Shown here piece after piece: positions 26,547 through 36,692 of a stretch of 64,000 nt of DNA. Made by a program: the position numbers and the translations under genes. The notes beneath the pieces were generated by a model, which worked only from the letters and a program-made list of their open reading frames with translations, did no database searches and was not told where the DNA came from. Location of the stretch: sequence record NC_070952.1, one strand, 5' to 3'. Position 1 is the first letter of the stretch, and each line of letters begins with the position of its first letter.

Positions 26547-27968
26547 ATGAACATTGTCTATTACATTGTTAGCTCATTCATTAAAGATAAGAACGTAGGT
26601 CTTGCTGGCGGTCACGGATACTCTTATGATCCAGCCAAAGAAAGCAGGCGGAAACTTATCAAGGACACGCCCTCCGTTTACGGTTTCTTTGTGAATGGTA
26701 ACTATCAAAGTATCCCAGTGGATATGATCGATATTTATAACGGCCGTGTTCTTAATCAACCGAATGAAACGACGGCTTTCTTACTTCAACTTGAAATGAT
26801 AATCAATGAATGGTTAACGAATAAAGTTGATGGTAACAAGCTGTTGGTTATTACCAACTGTACCAAAGGACACAAAATGGTTACGGCGGGACGTCATCCT
26901 GATTCAGTGGATGCCGAACTGTTTCGTCGTGTTCATGCCTTGTATGACGAGCACAAGAAAGACATCATTCTTGATATCGAGTATTACGCAAAAGGCGGTG
27001 AAGGTCCTAAGGTTGCACACAAGCAATTGGAACTTGCTATTGCACTTTCTGAATTGCCGGCTTCCGGTGCAGTGGTATTGGATAAGCTTGACCTGAAAGC
27101 ATACAAAGATCCCGAAGTCGATTTTAATAAACTGGTTACTGCCTCACGTTGGTATTTCAACACGGGTGACAAATCAGATTTCTTTAATGTCGATGACCTG
27201 GGGTATCGTAAATATACTTTCGGTCGTGTTGACCCAGATAAAAACTACTACGGCAAAGCAACACCTGATGTTTACTATTCCTCACTTTATACCAAAACGC
27301 CTATTACGGTGTTGGACAAGCTGTTTAACTTCTGTCAAGAAAATAAACCGAATCCATACAACATCATGTCAGCAGGTAACCTGAACTTTATCAAGTCCAA
27401 AGAGATTGCGCGTGTTATCGACACAATCCCTGGGGTCTTTGGTAAGAAAGATCTGGTCGCACCAATGACAGTGGGTAGTACCGAGGAAGCAGTACTGGTA
27501 GAATTCATTGACCCACCAGGGTTAAGTTATCGCATTCGTGATTCACACATTCGGTTAGACCTACTTCATGGGTTCTTCCGTAAGCGTGACGACAAAGGCT
27601 GGTACCGTAACAACCAGTTTATTGATATCACTGATAACTTCTTTATCAAAGATCCAAAGGGTAAATGGAAGATCCACCCGGACTTTACCAACAACACCTT
27701 AACTGTTCCAATTAAAATCGAAGCACCTGGATGTGTTAAGCCGGTCACCATTAACTTGTCGGTTAAATATGACACACCAGAGCGTAACTCGCTGAACAGC
27801 TTAATCACGAATAAGGTAGAAGAGATCAAAGTGTATTTAGCTTTGGACTTTAATGACCCAGCTGGAGTGTGTTACTCCACTATCGTCAGTACGCCTGATT
27901 TTGATTACGTTCATTCAAACAGTATCGCAAACCTTCGTGTATATAGCCTAAAAGAATTAGGCAGATAA
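26547..27968 (+). CDS. RNase H-like protein (phiKZ gp155-type), catalytic residues degenerate
   Basis: Motif order resembles RNase HI plus the phiKZ-type C-terminal domain, but acidic active-site positions are not conserved. Confidence 0.55.
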   Translation: MNIVYYIVSSFIKDKNVGLAGGHGYSYDPAKESRRKLIKDTPSVYGFFVNGNYQSIPVDMIDIYNGRVLNQPNETTAFLLQLEMIINEWLTNKVDGNKLLVITNCTKGHKMVTAGRHPDSVDAELFRRVHALYDEHKKDIILDIEYYAKGGEGPKVAHKQLELAIALSELPASGAVVLDKLDLKAYKDPEVDFNKLVTASRWYFNTGDKSDFFNVDDLGYRKYTFGRVDPDKNYYGKATPDVYYSSLYTKTPITVLDKLFNFCQENKPNPYNIMSAGNLNFIKSKEIARVIDTIPGVFGKKDLVAPMTVGSTEEAVLVEFIDPPGLSYRIRDSHIRLDLLHGFFRKRDDKGWYRNNQFIDITDNFFIKDPKGKWKIHPDFTNNTLTVPIKIEAPGCVKPVTINLSVKYDTPERNSLNSLITNKVEEIKVYLALDFNDPAGVCYSTIVSTPDFDYVHSNSIANLRVYSLKELGR

Positions 27969-27999
27969 CTATAAAGCAATTTCTTTACTTTACTCAAAG

Positions 28000-28028
28000 C
28001 CTCTCTACTCCCAATGGGAGTAGAGAGG
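28000..28028. terminator. Bidirectional hairpin terminator
   Basis: CCTCTCTACTCCC-aat-GGGAGTAGAGAGG between convergent genes. Confidence 0.75.
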
Positions 28029-28049
28029 TATAAGTATGTTTATTTCTTT

Positions 28050-29105
28050 TTACAGTGCATCCAACGCCATTTGCAGGTATTGGTTTGAAGCTTCACTGGT
28101 ATGCTTCATGGCTTCTGTTAATCTTGCTTTGATTTCTGCTGTTTCAATCTGGCCAGCAGTTTTGAGTAACTGAGAATCCAGTGTCAAAACCAGGTCACGC
28201 ATTTTGTTAGCCGCATTACCTAACTCTACTACTACTTTAGCCGCACGAGAAACTTGGCGAGAACGTTCATCCTCAACGCCAAATGGTCCCTCACTGTTCA
28301 TCTTCTCTAAGCGCTTGGTGGCTTCCACCAATGCTGTATCAAATTCACGTGCTATCTTAACGATTCGCTCAGCCGCTAAGTTGATCGTTTTGGTATCGGC
28401 GAAACTTAACAGAACTTTGGATCCACTAATCCCTGTCTTTGAATAGAGAATTAAAAACTTATCAATTCCCAGTTCTTTAGAAATGATTTGCTCTGGATCG
28501 ACACGTTCAATCTCTTCAATGTTTTTAGCAACAGAGTCTAATCGAGAAGTTAGCTTAACCCCCATCTCGTTGATCAGTTTTTCTGAACGATCGTGTTCGA
28601 CCAATGGAGCGTGTTCAATCACAGTTTCGTTGATAATTTTACGATCTTCGTTTTGAACTTTTTTGATTGCATTCAATGCTTTAATGCGTTGAGCAACTTG
28701 GATTTTACTTTCTTCGATTGATTTTTCAATCGTTACTTCAGGGAGAGACATCTCTGTCGGATGATCGATTAACTTATCAAGATCAATTGAAGTTTTAGTG
28801 ATTGATCTCTGGACCTCGATTACTTCGCGCCGAGGCTTACCAAACAACCATTCCTTGATTGCCTTGATAATGGATTTGATCCATTCGTAGACTTTGCTGG
28901 CTCCACGTTTGATATTGTCCAGGAAACCTTCCTGACCATCAATGATGTCATAAGTCCCACCGTCTAACTTCAGTACCGTTTCAGTGTAAACTGCTTCGGA
29001 TGTTTTAGGTGCGGTGTGATCGGTAATATCGCGCAAGTCATCAAGTCCAACTAGTAATTCTGCTTCATGTTCGAAGCCTGCTACTACAGCAAAAGAACGT
29101 TCCAT
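28050..29105 (-). CDS. Putative internal head protein (paralog family with propeptide)
   Basis: AGFE and DGQE-GFLDNIKRGASKVYEWIK amphipathic motif shared with 32502..33320. Confidence 0.65.
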   Translation of the reverse strand: MERSFAVVAGFEHEAELLVGLDDLRDITDHTAPKTSEAVYTETVLKLDGGTYDIIDGQEGFLDNIKRGASKVYEWIKSIIKAIKEWLFGKPRREVIEVQRSITKTSIDLDKLIDHPTEMSLPEVTIEKSIEESKIQVAQRIKALNAIKKVQNEDRKIINETVIEHAPLVEHDRSEKLINEMGVKLTSRLDSVAKNIEEIERVDPEQIISKELGIDKFLILYSKTGISGSKVLLSFADTKTINLAAERIVKIAREFDTALVEATKRLEKMNSEGPFGVEDERSRQVSRAAKVVVELGNAANKMRDLVLTLDSQLLKTAGQIETAEIKARLTEAMKHTSEASNQYLQMALDAL

Positions 29106-29176
29106 AATAAACCTTAATAATGAGGGTGAGATAATAACAAATAATCCTACCCGCCTTTCGACAGGTAGGAATATGA

Positions 29177-31318
29177 TTAGAACAGATCGTTAGCCGTAGC
29201 GCGTTTGAAACTCACTTGATGATTAAAGTGTTCATGCACTGCAAATAAAGATTCATCGAAGACTTCAGGCGGTGTAGGTTCAACATCGTAATAACTTTCA
29301 AACCCAGTTATCCCTGTTCCCCACAATCCTTTAACCGCCAGTGAGACACCGTCAATTTGAGTTGGTAATTTACCCCCACCCAAAAGAACCTCAACCTGCT
29401 CTCTACTCCACTCCATGATATCGATTGAACGAGACGTAATGTTCTCTTCATTCCCGGTATCAAGATCAACCAGATAAACGAAGCATTCCATATCTTGACC
29501 GTTACGATAAATACGGGCAATGGTCTGTTTCAATTCATAGGAACGGAAAGGGGCGTTCATTAAAATGATTTGGTTTGCCATTAATAATGGGTAACCTTCT
29601 TTTAATGTGTTAAAGGTGGTATTCAGTATTTGAATCTCTTTATTGTCACGAAACTCTGTAACAACTTTATCGATGTCTTTACTGTTCTCACCGTGGACCG
29701 ATAATGTCTTCATTCCCAGGTTAGCGAAGTAAGAAGTCAGTTCTCTAATGACGTCGATGTAGGACGTATAGATAAGTGTCTTTTTCTTCACCGCATTCAC
29801 AAGCTCAGGCAGTTTAGCATGGGCAATGGTGTCACGCACTGCATCCATCCTTGCACGCGACAGAACGCGTCCTAGAGCTTCTCCGCGTATCTTCAAGCTA
29901 AGGTATTTCACTGCTGATTTGATATTACGGAAATACTTAAGGTCATCACCCCGTAATTCATTCTCAAGCTTGGCTTCAACCTTATGACAGAACTTGGACT
30001 TGTCCGCATCAGTGAAATTGTTATACCCAAATTTCCTGAAGTATTCTACGGTATCGACATACTGCTGAAGTTCGGCTTCTTCTAATGCGTCACCTTTAAT
30101 CCAGTTCCGGTAGTTGTCCACATACTTCTGCCAATCGGTATTGTACTGTGGCAACACTTTATGGTAATAACTGACCCGTTCTTGAATGAAGTTCATCATC
30201 TCAGCACGAATAGCAGACAGCGTGTATTTCTCGGCACCGGGGAACGACACTGGCCACGGAATAGGTTCCGGTGGTTTACCCATGCCATTAACACTGGTGA
30301 TAGTGAACTTGATCCGACCCAATCGGTGCGCAAGCATCTCATTTAAGAAGGCATTATCACGACCGTACATTTTGTTAAAGTCATCTTGAATATAACTATC
30401 AAAGAACTTATCAATGACTTTGAACAAGACGAAGGTTTCACGACCTTGTGCTTTGATTGGGGTACCTGACATAAAGAGCACATCAGAAACATAAGGATGC
30501 GTTCCTAACTGAATCAACCCTTGTGACTGCTGGGATTTAAATTCATTGTAGTTATGTGATTCATCCACAATGATCTTAATCGGCTCTTTACCATTTTTAG
30601 AGATGGCATTGATCAACGGATCATATTCACCTGAGCGCAAGTTTTCTTTATAGATAATAAAGTAATCGCTGTCAGTGTGATTTAATGGGTTAGTGCCATC
30701 AAGTGACGTCCAGATCTTCGGTGGGACTTTAAAGTACTTATTGGTCATCTCCTCAACCCAGGGATTATTCACCAGGTGTTTTGGAACTACGATGATAGTC
30801 TTATAGGAAGAAATCATTGCCGCCCAAACTAGGCTCGTGAATGTTTTACCTGACCCTGGCTCTGCATCCAATAAACAACCCCGAAGTTGATAACCATATT
30901 TGATCCGCGCATAGTCTTCCAGAAACTCGCGTTGATCCAAGTAAGGACTCAACTTAAAGTTCTTTAGCGCTTTGTCGACATTATACGGAGCGACTGTTTC
31001 AAACGTAGTCTTAATCCATGTTTTGGCTTTGATCTCATCGAACAGCTGCTTATACTTGTACATCCCAACACGGTAACGATCCACCTGTCGTTTATTCTTG
31101 TTGGTCGTAAAATGATCCAAGATCCAAGCTAATTCAACAATGAAAAACTGGTGTATTCTAAAGCGACGGTTATTGACCTTTGTGATAATGCGGTTAAAGA
31201 TAACCGAAGTCCCAAAGTTGGTGCGTAGGTCAGTCTCCAAGGCATTTAAATTTATACCGGTGACCACATAGTAAGAACCGACCTTTTCAACGCTTGGCGA
31301 AAAGTTAAAGAAATCCAT
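29177..31318 (-). CDS. SF2 (SNF2-like) helicase
   Basis: EPGSGKT, IIVDESHN, MSGTP, QTIARIYRNGQ. Confidence 0.92.
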   Translation of the reverse strand: MDFFNFSPSVEKVGSYYVVTGINLNALETDLRTNFGTSVIFNRIITKVNNRRFRIHQFFIVELAWILDHFTTNKNKRQVDRYRVGMYKYKQLFDEIKAKTWIKTTFETVAPYNVDKALKNFKLSPYLDQREFLEDYARIKYGYQLRGCLLDAEPGSGKTFTSLVWAAMISSYKTIIVVPKHLVNNPWVEEMTNKYFKVPPKIWTSLDGTNPLNHTDSDYFIIYKENLRSGEYDPLINAISKNGKEPIKIIVDESHNYNEFKSQQSQGLIQLGTHPYVSDVLFMSGTPIKAQGRETFVLFKVIDKFFDSYIQDDFNKMYGRDNAFLNEMLAHRLGRIKFTITSVNGMGKPPEPIPWPVSFPGAEKYTLSAIRAEMMNFIQERVSYYHKVLPQYNTDWQKYVDNYRNWIKGDALEEAELQQYVDTVEYFRKFGYNNFTDADKSKFCHKVEAKLENELRGDDLKYFRNIKSAVKYLSLKIRGEALGRVLSRARMDAVRDTIAHAKLPELVNAVKKKTLIYTSYIDVIRELTSYFANLGMKTLSVHGENSKDIDKVVTEFRDNKEIQILNTTFNTLKEGYPLLMANQIILMNAPFRSYELKQTIARIYRNGQDMECFVYLVDLDTGNEENITSRSIDIMEWSREQVEVLLGGGKLPTQIDGVSLAVKGLWGTGITGFESYYDVEPTPPEVFDESLFAVHEHFNHQVSFKRATANDLF

Positions 31319-31336
31319 TATAGGGACCTATTCAGA

Positions 31337-32455
31337 ATGAAAGAACCACAAGTACATGAAATTGCTTTTGTAGATGACAACCATTACAATCTGTATTTGT
31401 TCTGTCGTCACCTGCAAGCGAATGTAGTAAATCCCGAGCGATTCGCTGTTGAGAAGCAAGAATATCGGGATCGTTACAAAGTATCCATTGGTAACCAGTT
31501 GTTCTATGTTGCGGCGGATTCGCTGAACAAACTGTGGCTGGAACTGGATAAAGGTTCGGTTAAAATTTATGAGATCTTGAAAAACAAGATCTTTGACGAA
31601 CAAGAAATGCAATGGAACCCAGGTATCGATCTGTCTGGTCAAGAATTCCCTATCGATGAAGGTGATGAATTCTATTCATTGATTGGCCTGGACTACCTCA
31701 ATGTGGAATCACGCATCAAAGGCATGATGACTGGCACTGCCACGACCATCACTGAAGTCGCCCATATCCTTAATAAAGAAATGGCGGCTGTCGCATTGAA
31801 TACCGATATCGTAAAAGATTTCGATGGCATTGTGACTTTCCGTACTGAACCGGGCAAAGACTTTAACGTTGAACTGTGCTTTGATAAAATTAAGCCAGTT
31901 GATCCAGCAAACCAAGCCATTGAAATTCAACGTACCCCGGTTACTCCAGAAGACCTGAAAACATACTTCCCGGATGCTGGCGAAAAGATCCAATCGCGTT
32001 TGGCACATGTCAACAGTCTGGTGAAATCACTGTTCGAATCAAAGCGTATTGCTGAATCAGAAATCCTGACCAAATACGCAGCGGGTTTGATTAACGGCGC
32101 ACTGGTTCCAACCTTCCTGGATCTGAATGTCAACTACGTTATCTTCGGTGGACGTGACGACTGGTCATCTCCGGGGAAAGACACTCCGAACAACTTGGCG
32201 TGTTTCAAATACCTGGATGAAGAGATCGAAAAGATCTTCGAGATGCTGGAGAACATTCCATTGGAAGAAGGCGTGGAAGTTTGGTCAATGGATATCGATA
32301 CCTTCGCTATCTTTGGTCGTAAAGATAACAAAGTCGTGACTCCTGCACTTCAGGGTTATGTTGAGAATCTGCTGTTACCGTTCTCACAAGGATTTGAAAA
32401 GATCTTGACTCAGCGTTTGAGTCTGCTGGATACCCCACATATCTTTAAAGCGTAA
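31337..32455 (+). CDS. Hypothetical protein
   Basis: 372-aa ORF with phage-typical codon usage. Confidence 0.75.
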   Translation: MKEPQVHEIAFVDDNHYNLYLFCRHLQANVVNPERFAVEKQEYRDRYKVSIGNQLFYVAADSLNKLWLELDKGSVKIYEILKNKIFDEQEMQWNPGIDLSGQEFPIDEGDEFYSLIGLDYLNVESRIKGMMTGTATTITEVAHILNKEMAAVALNTDIVKDFDGIVTFRTEPGKDFNVELCFDKIKPVDPANQAIEIQRTPVTPEDLKTYFPDAGEKIQSRLAHVNSLVKSLFESKRIAESEILTKYAAGLINGALVPTFLDLNVNYVIFGGRDDWSSPGKDTPNNLACFKYLDEEIEKIFEMLENIPLEEGVEVWSMDIDTFAIFGRKDNKVVTPALQGYVENLLLPFSQGFEKILTQRLSLLDTPHIFKA

Positions 32456-32464
32456 CAAACATAA

Positions 32465-32498
32465 AACCCTTACCCTCCGTTTAGGAAGGGTAAGGGTT
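32465..32498. terminator. Bidirectional hairpin terminator
   Basis: AACCCTTACCCT/AGGGTAAGGGTT; preceded by taacaaacata as in the 55-bp element. Confidence 0.7.
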
Positions 32499-32501
32499 GT
32501 T

Positions 32502-33320
32502 TTATGAAAGCTTATCTTTTAATTCATTTGTACGGAACATGTTTGATGCAATGGTTCTGTTGGTCTCTACTTTAACATTGTTAACACCAACTCTGAGATC
32601 GTTATAAACAGAAGTCACTGTTGTAACAATATCCCTGATGAGACTAGCATCATACTCATCTTCTTTACTACGATACTTATTAACATCGCGTTTAAGCCAG
32701 ACCGCCACCGATTCGGCATCTTTGGTGATATGACCTAAGATCTTTAATAGGTCATTTGAGAAATAGATATGACTCAGAGTTTCCTTAAATCCAGCATGGC
32801 GTTTAAGGTCTTTAATGTCATAAATAATCCCATCAATAAGATTCACGAGTTCTTTTGGGACACCGCCATCAGCATAGAACGCGTTATTGTTTATCTTATT
32901 CAATAACTCATTCAGTCGATCAATGCCTGTATCACAACGATCGTCTAACTCTCTTTTTGCGATGTCAGTCAGTTGATCAGATATTTTAGAAAAGAGTTCG
33001 TCGTACTTTGCTTTATTGGCTTTGTAGTCTTCCTCTTTAGCTCGATACTCTTTATCTATTTTATCTAATCTACCTTTTTCGTCGGTGATCCAACCAATAA
33101 ATGCAATGATCATGTCCATGATCCATTTACCGGTTTTCTTGGCGCCTTTCTTAATGGTATCCAAGAAGCCCTCTTGTCCGGCAAAACAACCAGTGTCTTC
33201 AGCATGGATTTTAAGCACAGAGAAAGCATAGCGTCCATCATCGGTAAGAGCACGACCCGAAGTAATGGATTCGCAACCACTTATCATGGTGGCAAAATGT
33301 TCAATATCAGATTGACTCAT
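32502..33320 (-). CDS. Putative internal head protein (paralog of 28050..29105)
   Basis: SGCE and AGQE-GFLDTIKKGAKKTGKWIMD. Confidence 0.65.
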   Translation of the reverse strand: MSQSDIEHFATMISGCESITSGRALTDDGRYAFSVLKIHAEDTGCFAGQEGFLDTIKKGAKKTGKWIMDMIIAFIGWITDEKGRLDKIDKEYRAKEEDYKANKAKYDELFSKISDQLTDIAKRELDDRCDTGIDRLNELLNKINNNAFYADGGVPKELVNLIDGIIYDIKDLKRHAGFKETLSHIYFSNDLLKILGHITKDAESVAVWLKRDVNKYRSKEDEYDASLIRDIVTTVTSVYNDLRVGVNNVKVETNRTIASNMFRTNELKDKLS

Positions 33321-33322
33321 TA

Positions 33323-34105
33323 TTACCTCAGCTTACTAGCTTCTTGAACCTGAAGCTGAAGAACACGGGTCAATTCGCTGAGCTGCGCCATCATCACACC
33401 AGTAAAGGTAATGTTGTCGATCAGATTGCTCACGGTACTATTAACCAGAGTTACTTCTTTCTCATTCAAGATGACGGTGCTTGAATCAATTTTTGGTTTC
33501 AGGATATTAAGGATATTAATAACCTGGTTACCACGGGTCGCCACAATTTCAACATCACGTGATTTCAGTGAGTCAACAATTTTATTGAACTCAACTGCCA
33601 GCTCGTATGCACCGGAGAAGTTAGGGTACACCTCGTTAACTGCACGAGTATACACACGGGAATCTTCCAGCACGTTTGTGAACTGTGCACGGGTTTCGTT
33701 GATCAGGATACTTCCATCTACATTGGCCAGCGTAAAAGGAACTTTACCGGTAGCTGCGATGGTTTTTAATCCACGGTAAACTTGATCAGTTTGGGTGTCG
33801 ACCAGTTTCAAAAGTGGAACCGTTTTTAAGATATATTCAACGTAGTTTTTGAACGATACCTTAGCGGGGTTAAACATTACTGGAGTCGGGATATGTTTGG
33901 TAGACACATCAAAATAAACATTCGATGCACCTAACTTATTCCAAATCTCAATCCCCTCAACCTTATGGATAGATTTGTTGAAATTGCGTGCGTTAAAGGA
34001 ATCAATCCCGACGCTAATCTCTTTAAAGAAAGAACTTAATTTTTCTCCAACAGTCAGGGCTTCATTTCCCTCAACTGTACCAGGAGCTATAATTTCTGTA
34101 GTCAT
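33323..34105 (-). CDS. Putative internal head protein
   Basis: N-terminal EGNE-ALT motif; helical; coupled to the head-protein gene downstream. Confidence 0.6.
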   Translation of the reverse strand: MTTEIIAPGTVEGNEALTVGEKLSSFFKEISVGIDSFNARNFNKSIHKVEGIEIWNKLGASNVYFDVSTKHIPTPVMFNPAKVSFKNYVEYILKTVPLLKLVDTQTDQVYRGLKTIAATGKVPFTLANVDGSILINETRAQFTNVLEDSRVYTRAVNEVYPNFSGAYELAVEFNKIVDSLKSRDVEIVATRGNQVINILNILKPKIDSSTVILNEKEVTLVNSTVSNLIDNITFTGVMMAQLSELTRVLQLQVQEASKLR

Positions 34106-34174
34106 GCTATGGCAAACTCCACTAGTGTGCGTAATACGAAACGTTTCATAACATTTAACGAAAGGGTTCTATAA

Positions 34175-35650
34175 ATGCTGAGTGCATTGAATTTCTTAAA
34201 AGACTACGGCGCAGAGTCTAACCTGCAAATTGGTTTTAACACTTCCCCAATCTTTGATATGTTGACCACGTCGATGATCAAAGGTAAAAATGGCGTCTGG
34301 TATCAGAACGGTGGATTGATGCCAATCAATGCGCTGGCAGGCGGTAACAACACGCAGAAAACCGGTAAGACGGTAAAGGATGTTGCGAAGACACTGCACC
34401 GGTTTAGAAACTCCGTTATCCTGTATGGTGACACTGAATCAACCCTGGACATTTCCCGTTTAGCAGAAGAAGTCGATCGTCTGTTTGACGAGGAAGGGTA
34501 TTTTGCTGAACATATCGAAGATGTGCGTTTCCACTACATGCCTAACTCAGCGGGTATTGATGGCACTGAGCTTCACAACAAAGTCATCGAGATCTACAAA
34601 ACGATCACTGCGTTAAGTGAAAGCAAAGACAAAGCCGATCAAGAAGCGTATCGTCAGCTGTTCATGGATACTCCGTTCTGGTCAGAGAAGAACCAGAAGT
34701 ACATCCAGGTCATGCAACCTATCCTCTTCATCTGTGACTCGATCTCAGAAGTGATGTTTGACAACCTGATGTTCAAACAGTTCGATGAAGGCGAGATGGA
34801 TGAAGGCGGTAAGAAACGTACCCGTGATATGGAGATCGGTAACCTGCGTCGTATCTTGATGACAGATGCCTGTATCTTAGGACCGCGTGTTGGTATGCGT
34901 TCATACTGGATTGCACAGTCTGCTGATGTCATCAACATGGATGGTCGTCCTAAAGAAAAAGACTCTACCTTCCTGCGTCACAATAAGAAGCTGGCCGCAC
35001 CGAAGGCGATGTTGAAGTTACCGCACATCGGTATTGAGATCATTAAAGGCACGCCAATGAAGCAGCCTGATCACTCGGTCATGTATCCGCGTGGTAAAGA
35101 CTCAACCATGTCTTCTAATGCTCGCTCCAACCCTGAGCTGGTTCAGTACTTCACAACCACCTTCCGTAACAAGTCGGGTTCTTCTGGTGGGGACCTTGCT
35201 TTTGTTGCAGGTCAGGCAGAAGGTATCCTTGAATCGTTGTCGATGTATGACTCTTTGAAGGACAATAAATACTTTGGTCTGGAAGGATCTGCACAGCGTC
35301 ATTCTTGTGGTTTGATGCCGGATATTTCTATTATGCGTACCACGGTGCGTGAGTTATTGGAAGGTGAAAATGCCAATCCAAAACTTCAACGTGCTATTGA
35401 AATCTGTTGGCAGTTGTGGTTCATGCAAACATTCTGGGAGAACTTCCCAAGCGAATGGTCATTAACCCCCTCTGAAATTTACGCTAAAGGGAAAGAACAA
35501 GGGCTGGACTGGGACGATGTCCTGGAGAACACAGTCTACTTCTGGCACGATAACCCTGAGCATATTAAGAAGCATACATTAACCGTTTACGAATTGATGG
35601 AGATCGTTGTAGGCGGTAAGAAACCATATTGGATCAAGGACAAGAAATAA
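34175..35650 (+). CDS. RecA/UvsX-like ATPase (phiKZ gp152-type)
   Basis: Walker A variant AGGNNTQKT, YGDTES, Walker B ILFICDS, T(F)RNKSG. Confidence 0.75.
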   Translation: MLSALNFLKDYGAESNLQIGFNTSPIFDMLTTSMIKGKNGVWYQNGGLMPINALAGGNNTQKTGKTVKDVAKTLHRFRNSVILYGDTESTLDISRLAEEVDRLFDEEGYFAEHIEDVRFHYMPNSAGIDGTELHNKVIEIYKTITALSESKDKADQEAYRQLFMDTPFWSEKNQKYIQVMQPILFICDSISEVMFDNLMFKQFDEGEMDEGGKKRTRDMEIGNLRRILMTDACILGPRVGMRSYWIAQSADVINMDGRPKEKDSTFLRHNKKLAAPKAMLKLPHIGIEIIKGTPMKQPDHSVMYPRGKDSTMSSNARSNPELVQYFTTTFRNKSGSSGGDLAFVAGQAEGILESLSMYDSLKDNKYFGLEGSAQRHSCGLMPDISIMRTTVRELLEGENANPKLQRAIEICWQLWFMQTFWENFPSEWSLTPSEIYAKGKEQGLDWDDVLENTVYFWHDNPEHIKKHTLTVYELMEIVVGGKKPYWIKDKK

Positions 35651-36028
35651 ATGTTAGAGTTTAGTTACGATTATTCCGTTTTGGTTATTTCAGAGCCCGA
35701 CTTCGCCCCGACTGTAAAAGACGAAGTGACTTACTTCGAGAAGCTGGATGCTTGGCTGGAAAAACGTTCAGCAGATCGTAACTTGCGCAAAGTGAGTGTA
35801 ACCGGTCGTTATGGTGCGAACACAGAAACACTGCTTGATGTTGATGACAAGAATAAAACGTCTTTCCTTAAGTCACTCGATGATCATTTGAATCAGTTTG
35901 ATGAAGTCATCATCATCACTAACTTCGAGAAAGATATGTTTATCGACTCATTAGCCAATCGACTAACCGAAATCTCGAAGCCTTTCACTATTTATGGCTA
36001 CGAGACTCGAGGTTATGAAAAACCGTAA
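35651..36028 (+). CDS. Small alpha/beta protein, weak YspA/SLOG-like pattern
   Basis: VLVISEPDF...KLDAWL...VSVTGRYGA...DEVIII. Confidence 0.4.
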   Translation: MLEFSYDYSVLVISEPDFAPTVKDEVTYFEKLDAWLEKRSADRNLRKVSVTGRYGANTETLLDVDDKNKTSFLKSLDDHLNQFDEVIIITNFEKDMFIDSLANRLTEISKPFTIYGYETRGYEKP

Positions 36029-36692
36029 AGAGATTGAAAGTGACATCTTGGCATTAGCTAAAGACTTCACGAAAGGTGGTGGAAACCACAAGGTGTACTC
36101 CGAACTGTTTGCTCGTCTTAGTGACGAGCAATTCGCTCAATTCTGGAACAACATCTGCGACATGAGTTTCATTCCAATGTTCGTGGATAACTTTGATATG
36201 CGAGAAACGATTGATTACGATCATACCGTTAAGCTTGCTAAGAAGTTAGATATTCCGCTTGAGCAACAAGTTATCTTCACTGACCCAGATACTGGGCTGG
36301 AACACACCACACCGGAAACAGCTATCGTTGGTATCGCTGAAGTGCGTAAGCAGCGTCAGTTACAGGCCAAGAAGTTTGGTGCATCCAAACACGACTATAA
36401 TGTCGAAGACCTCACAGGACAACCTACGGGCGATTCTCGTGCAGGGGGTATCTCTAACCCAGAGATCCAAGTTCTTCTGTCATTAGGCCTTCCTACGTTG
36501 GCTAAAGAGCTTGCCGATGCCCGTGGTGGGGATGTGGGTGCGTACCGTGCCTACAAGAACGATATCTTGACAACTGGGGTCACCACAACGGAATCAGCGC
36601 TGCAGCGAGGTACTGGGGTGAAGTCACTGCAGACAGCTCACTTCCTGTTACTCGGTCAGCATATCGACAACGACTTGATGGCGCGTGACTAA
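36015..36692 (+). CDS. Virion RNA polymerase beta subunit, C-terminal part (phiKZ gp149-like)
   Basis: GQPTGDSRAGGISNPEIQVLLSLG..LAKELADARGGD..AYRAYKN aligns with RpoB QQPLGGKAQFGGQRFGEME...QEML..KSDD. Confidence 0.88.
   Translation: MKNRKEIESDILALAKDFTKGGGNHKVYSELFARLSDEQFAQFWNNICDMSFIPMFVDNFDMRETIDYDHTVKLAKKLDIPLEQQVIFTDPDTGLEHTTPETAIVGIAEVRKQRQLQAKKFGASKHDYNVEDLTGQPTGDSRAGGISNPEIQVLLSLGLPTLAKELADARGGDVGAYRAYKNDILTTGVTTTESALQRGTGVKSLQTAHFLLLGQHIDNDLMARD

Noticed and set aside
34175-35650. Non-canonical Walker A (GGNNTQKT) as evidence of an inactive ATPase
   Set aside because: Lys-Thr and Walker B Asp are retained, and deviant P-loops are usual in phiKZ-type UvsX proteins.
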